Positions 60,243 through 64,000 of a stretch of 64,000 bases of DNA are shown here, piece by piece (within the stretch, counting starts at the first letter, position 1; every line of letters begins with the position of its first letter). The notes under the pieces are model-generated. The model was not told the DNA's origin. It worked only from the letters and a program-made list of their open reading frames with translations, and did not search any database. The position numbers were made by a program, and so were the translations under genes. This DNA is from Phoronis australis (lineage: Eukaryota; Animalia; Phoronida): contig NMRA01000050.1 in NCBI GenBank assembly GCA_002633005.1, forward strand, positions 323,679-387,678. The letters run 5' to 3'.

Positions 60243-62870
60243 TTATTCTATGCGCGCCACTTAGGATTCTTTAAAGAAGTGGGTTTGCACAGATTGCTCC
60301 ACTTGTTTTGGAGTCGTTTGTCATCTTTTATCAATGATGATTGCGTAACATGTATGCATGCACGTAAATTTTTTAAGAATGAATTTTTTGCAGCCTGCAC
60401 GACACGGCAGTCAAGTTGTAATTTACAGCAGCTACAGGCTTGGGGTGCATATCTGCTGTTTTCGATATTTTCGTTAAAATTTGAGCTAAATCTATTTCTA
60501 AGTTAAAGTTTGCTTACAATTCTGACAATTTTTCTTGACTTCATTGAGTAATATCTGTGCAGGACACCCAGACGTTGTGGCTGATGCACGTTCAGACGCT
60601 TCTTAAAAATGCTATTTGCGCGCGGTTCTTATCATATTCAGGTAGAAAGTATTCCGAAATTTATCGTAAAATTGACAAAAATACAGTGTTTACATAAGTT
60701 GGGCTAAACGTATTTTGATTGTTTTGAGAACGAATTTAAAAATTTACTCATATTTGACCGTAAAGAACCTCAACCGGTGTAGTGCAATAGTTGACCAAAA
60801 CGAGTTATGCATTTGTAAAGTATATTGCTTTCCTAATCCCAAATATACTGTGGCAAGTTCGAGACTTTTTGTGGTTTAAGTGTTCTCAAGTGTAAAATTT
60901 TACGGTATATTAAGTAACATTGTCAACGATATTTTCATTTCACAATTCATATCATAGTATTGGCATGTGAAAATATTGCGCATGGAGCTGAACCCAAAGT
61001 GATGCTACGGTAAAGTCGCACGATTTTTGGACGGCCCGCCATTTTTGACCAAGAATAAATATTTCCGAAATGAGTTTTTCATAGTCCACGTACAAGGTCC
61101 AAAAACTGTTTTTCAATGATCCTCGAATTTCGGACAATGTCATAAACGTCGGATTTTTGTCCGCAACTTTTGTACAAGGAAAATTTTAGAAACGCTAATT
61201 TGGGATCGACGCAACTCCCGTGTCACTAAAGCGTTCAACGGATGATTACTACTCTATAAGGTTTGAATCCGAGAATTGGTGTAACGGGCTTTGTAATTTT
61301 TACCTTGTCTTGACGATGTCACGACCGTTACTCAATTGTCTTGTGTTTAGCTTGTGTTTGGCGCTTTAGCTACGAAAAGAATCACCGAGTCCCGTATGAC
61401 GAAAATTTCTGATGAAAATACAAATGGGAAATACACCGAAGGCTGCAGTTTTTCGTTGCAGCATAACATGTGCTCTGGTTTAATTAGATCGTGCTGTTCG
61501 ACTTCTCCCCGACTGTGACATTGAACTTGCACGCCTGACATCAACTTGCGTGTTTACGAAACATTTTTATTTTTAAAACGCCCTGGCCTTTGCAAATGCC
61601 CTTGTCAGTGGCTAAAATCTCTCGACGACGTGTCCGGATTTTATCCTTGACGCGATGAGAAATATTTTTTGTTTAGTCCCCCATACACAATAGGCTACAG
61701 CCAAGTCTGTCCGTAGGATATCGTGCGTTCAATGTAGTGTAGATAGTGAACAGCAGCAGCCGAATGAGACGGAGCCAAAGTAAAGCTGGTTAAAAATCAA
61801 ACATAGTGCAAGGCCCAGCACTCAGAAAGGTGCGCGGTGCCCACGCAATTGTTACAGAGACATTGAATCCAAGTCTTATGTTGTGTAAGTGCCGGTGTGC
61901 TATAACACATATCAAAAACTAATGTACATCCACGTAACCACGTTTCACTACCCTTACAAATTTCTGTTGCTCTCTGATAAGCATCGCAGATGCAAGAATC
62001 TCGCTAAAGAAGATGGTGTGATCGTGTGCTTTGTTTGCAATGCCTCACCATACGTCTCGACGTCTTCAGTCTAGCATGTTCACGAGATTCTCATCCTTGC
62101 GGCCTTGGACGCAGACTAGGGTAGAGTTCAGTAGCTGTCTTGGAAAATACAAAAATCTAGCCAAAATCACTCTTTCAATTAAAATACACAATACATCACG
62201 TACTTTCATGAATTCTTGCATTTTAGCGAAGTCCTAGCGTTACGAGCTTTACCTCAGATGTAAACCTAAAAAGACTGAACTAGCGGCGACCCAATTTTGC
62301 TTGCTCATCCACTGGTCTGTGTACTTGTGGTCTTGTTAATTCACACCCTGTACCGTCTGAGGTACAACACCCTGGACTCCATGGTGTCCCGAGATTAAGA
62401 TGAATCCCAACAAGGACATCGGGACCCTGTGGCACTCTCTGTCTGCGGCGACTAAGAAAATCCTCCACCAATCATTTCGAAAAATGACAGTTGAATCAGA
62501 TTTGGTAGTCACTTCTTGTGGTCCTAGGGGTAGGCTAACAAGAATACAGGACCTGGAGTCCGATGCAACGGGCCTGGAACCTGATAGGTGTTTCCGACCC
62601 GGAGTTCCATATCTAGTTTCCACAGGACCTTGTCTTCTTGTCCATGTCACCGCCTTCAGTTGATAGTTTTGAGACAAAAAAGAAACGTGATCTTAAACTA
62701 CAGACCATGCTTTTTGTATTACTTAAGATAGTTTTAGAGGCATTTCAGCTGTAAGTGTGTTTAATTGTGTTTGATTCGAAAGAGATGACTGTTACATTGC
62801 TAATTATTATTCTATTTTTACCCGAGGTGATGCCTTACTTGCAGCAAGGGTAAATAATTTTAGGAAGTAT

Positions 62871-63139
62871 TACCAGCGATTTCCGTATATAAGTTTGGGA
62901 AACCTAACGTCTTATGTAAAAATACACCAGGGCCTATACTCAGCAATGCCGAATACACGAACACAGTATAAATACTGTAGCTCACCCTAATGATATCCTC
63001 GTGGGAATAGCATTATTTTTAGATTTCAAGCATGCATTTTTATTCTCAGATATGCATCCCAGGTATATTTTAGGGAAAAATTTCAGATTCGCAAATTGGC
63101 CATATATTCTGCTGGATTTATATACGGAAATCTACAGTA
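62871..63139. mobile_element. Possible pogo/Tigger-like MITE
   Basis: ta..gatttccgtatataa at the left end versus ttatatacggaaatctacagta at the right end; TA-flanked. Confidence 0.4.
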
Positions 63140-64000
63140 GATCTTCTTAAACCTGTAAACCATGAAAATTTATTGAGACAGTTTTGTTCTACTAACATTC
63201 CGTTCATGCAAGCCGGTCAGTACGTTCGCGTTTAAGGCGTTATTGCAACAGGTAAGTGTTGTTTTGATTTTTGTTTGGTGTTTCCATGTTTTATTTTGTA
63301 ATGTATTCCTCTGTTCAGATAGTCACTGTTATTCTTCAACAACATTTCTGTACTTATAATGAGACTTCAGTAAACTCGCGACTGTTCATACTTTAAATGT
63401 TAGCGGAAGTGTGTTGTGTCAATCAGCAGAGACCTGTGGGAAGAACTATTTTCTGTAACTGTAGCAAATATATGACGCAATGAAATGAAAACGGTCGACA
63501 TAGATGAATTGTAATGGGGCTATTCGGAAAATCTACAATCACTAGAGGGCGTGCGTGTACTAGTGGTGATAGATTAACAGCCTCGATTTCGCGAGCCCTT
63601 TAAATACATGGTGAAATGGCTTGCAGCCGTGCCAACTGAATCTGAGATTGCGTTAAAAAAGGTGCTTCTATGAGAGGAAGTGAGCACGACCTCATGAAAA
63701 GGTAAGGTTTGTGATCATTTTAACGATTATTACATGATTATTCTACCGATGCCTGTTAACTGAGGCACTCGCCGATGTCGACTTCGCGGCAGTCAGTCGC
63801 CAGCCAGAGTCTGGTTAATCTTTGTATGTTGTGATATGTGATACGGTACTTGACGTAGCAATCGGGATCTTTTCGTACATCAAAGCATTATTATTGTTTG
63901 GAATGATTTCTAAAAGTTTATCAGTGACAGTTACATCAATCAATGCTGAATATTTATGCTGTCAACTCGATACAGGTTAATGAGTTAAGATTACAATCCA

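Noticed and set aside
62280-62677. Overlapping ORFs as an upstream exon of gene 3 or a recombinase remnant
   Set aside because: No recognisable motif and no convincing splice sites in a compatible phase.

Overview
Eukaryotic, intron-rich animal DNA that looks like an invertebrate genome; the taxon cannot be fixed from sequence alone. There is one assembly gap (30489-31264). Three spliced genes are supported. (1) On +, a cordon-bleu (Cobl/Cobll1)-like actin regulator that enters from the left edge: 14 frame-consistent coding exons at 658-23162, about 1605 aa within the window, with a ubiquitin-like Cobl domain, KRAP motifs, poly-Pro and two WH2 domains; its last intron is GC-AG. (2) On -, a complete GT7 beta-1,4-N-acetylgalactosaminyltransferase (bre-4/B4GALT family): 7 coding exons at 36564-26271, 334 aa, convergent with gene 1. 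(3) On -, the terminal acidic exon of an unidentified gene (59448-59746). Introns and intergenic DNA are rich in repeats: a textbook non-autonomous Helitron inserted in a minisatellite, nested Helentron/DINE-1-like (HINE) elements carrying arrays of CTCF-like motifs, CR1/L2, RTE and HERO/R2-group LINE remnants, several MITEs with TSDs, minisatellites and two strong hairpins. No prokaryote-type systems (CRISPR etc.) are present. All exon models were assembled by hand from splice signals and reading phase.
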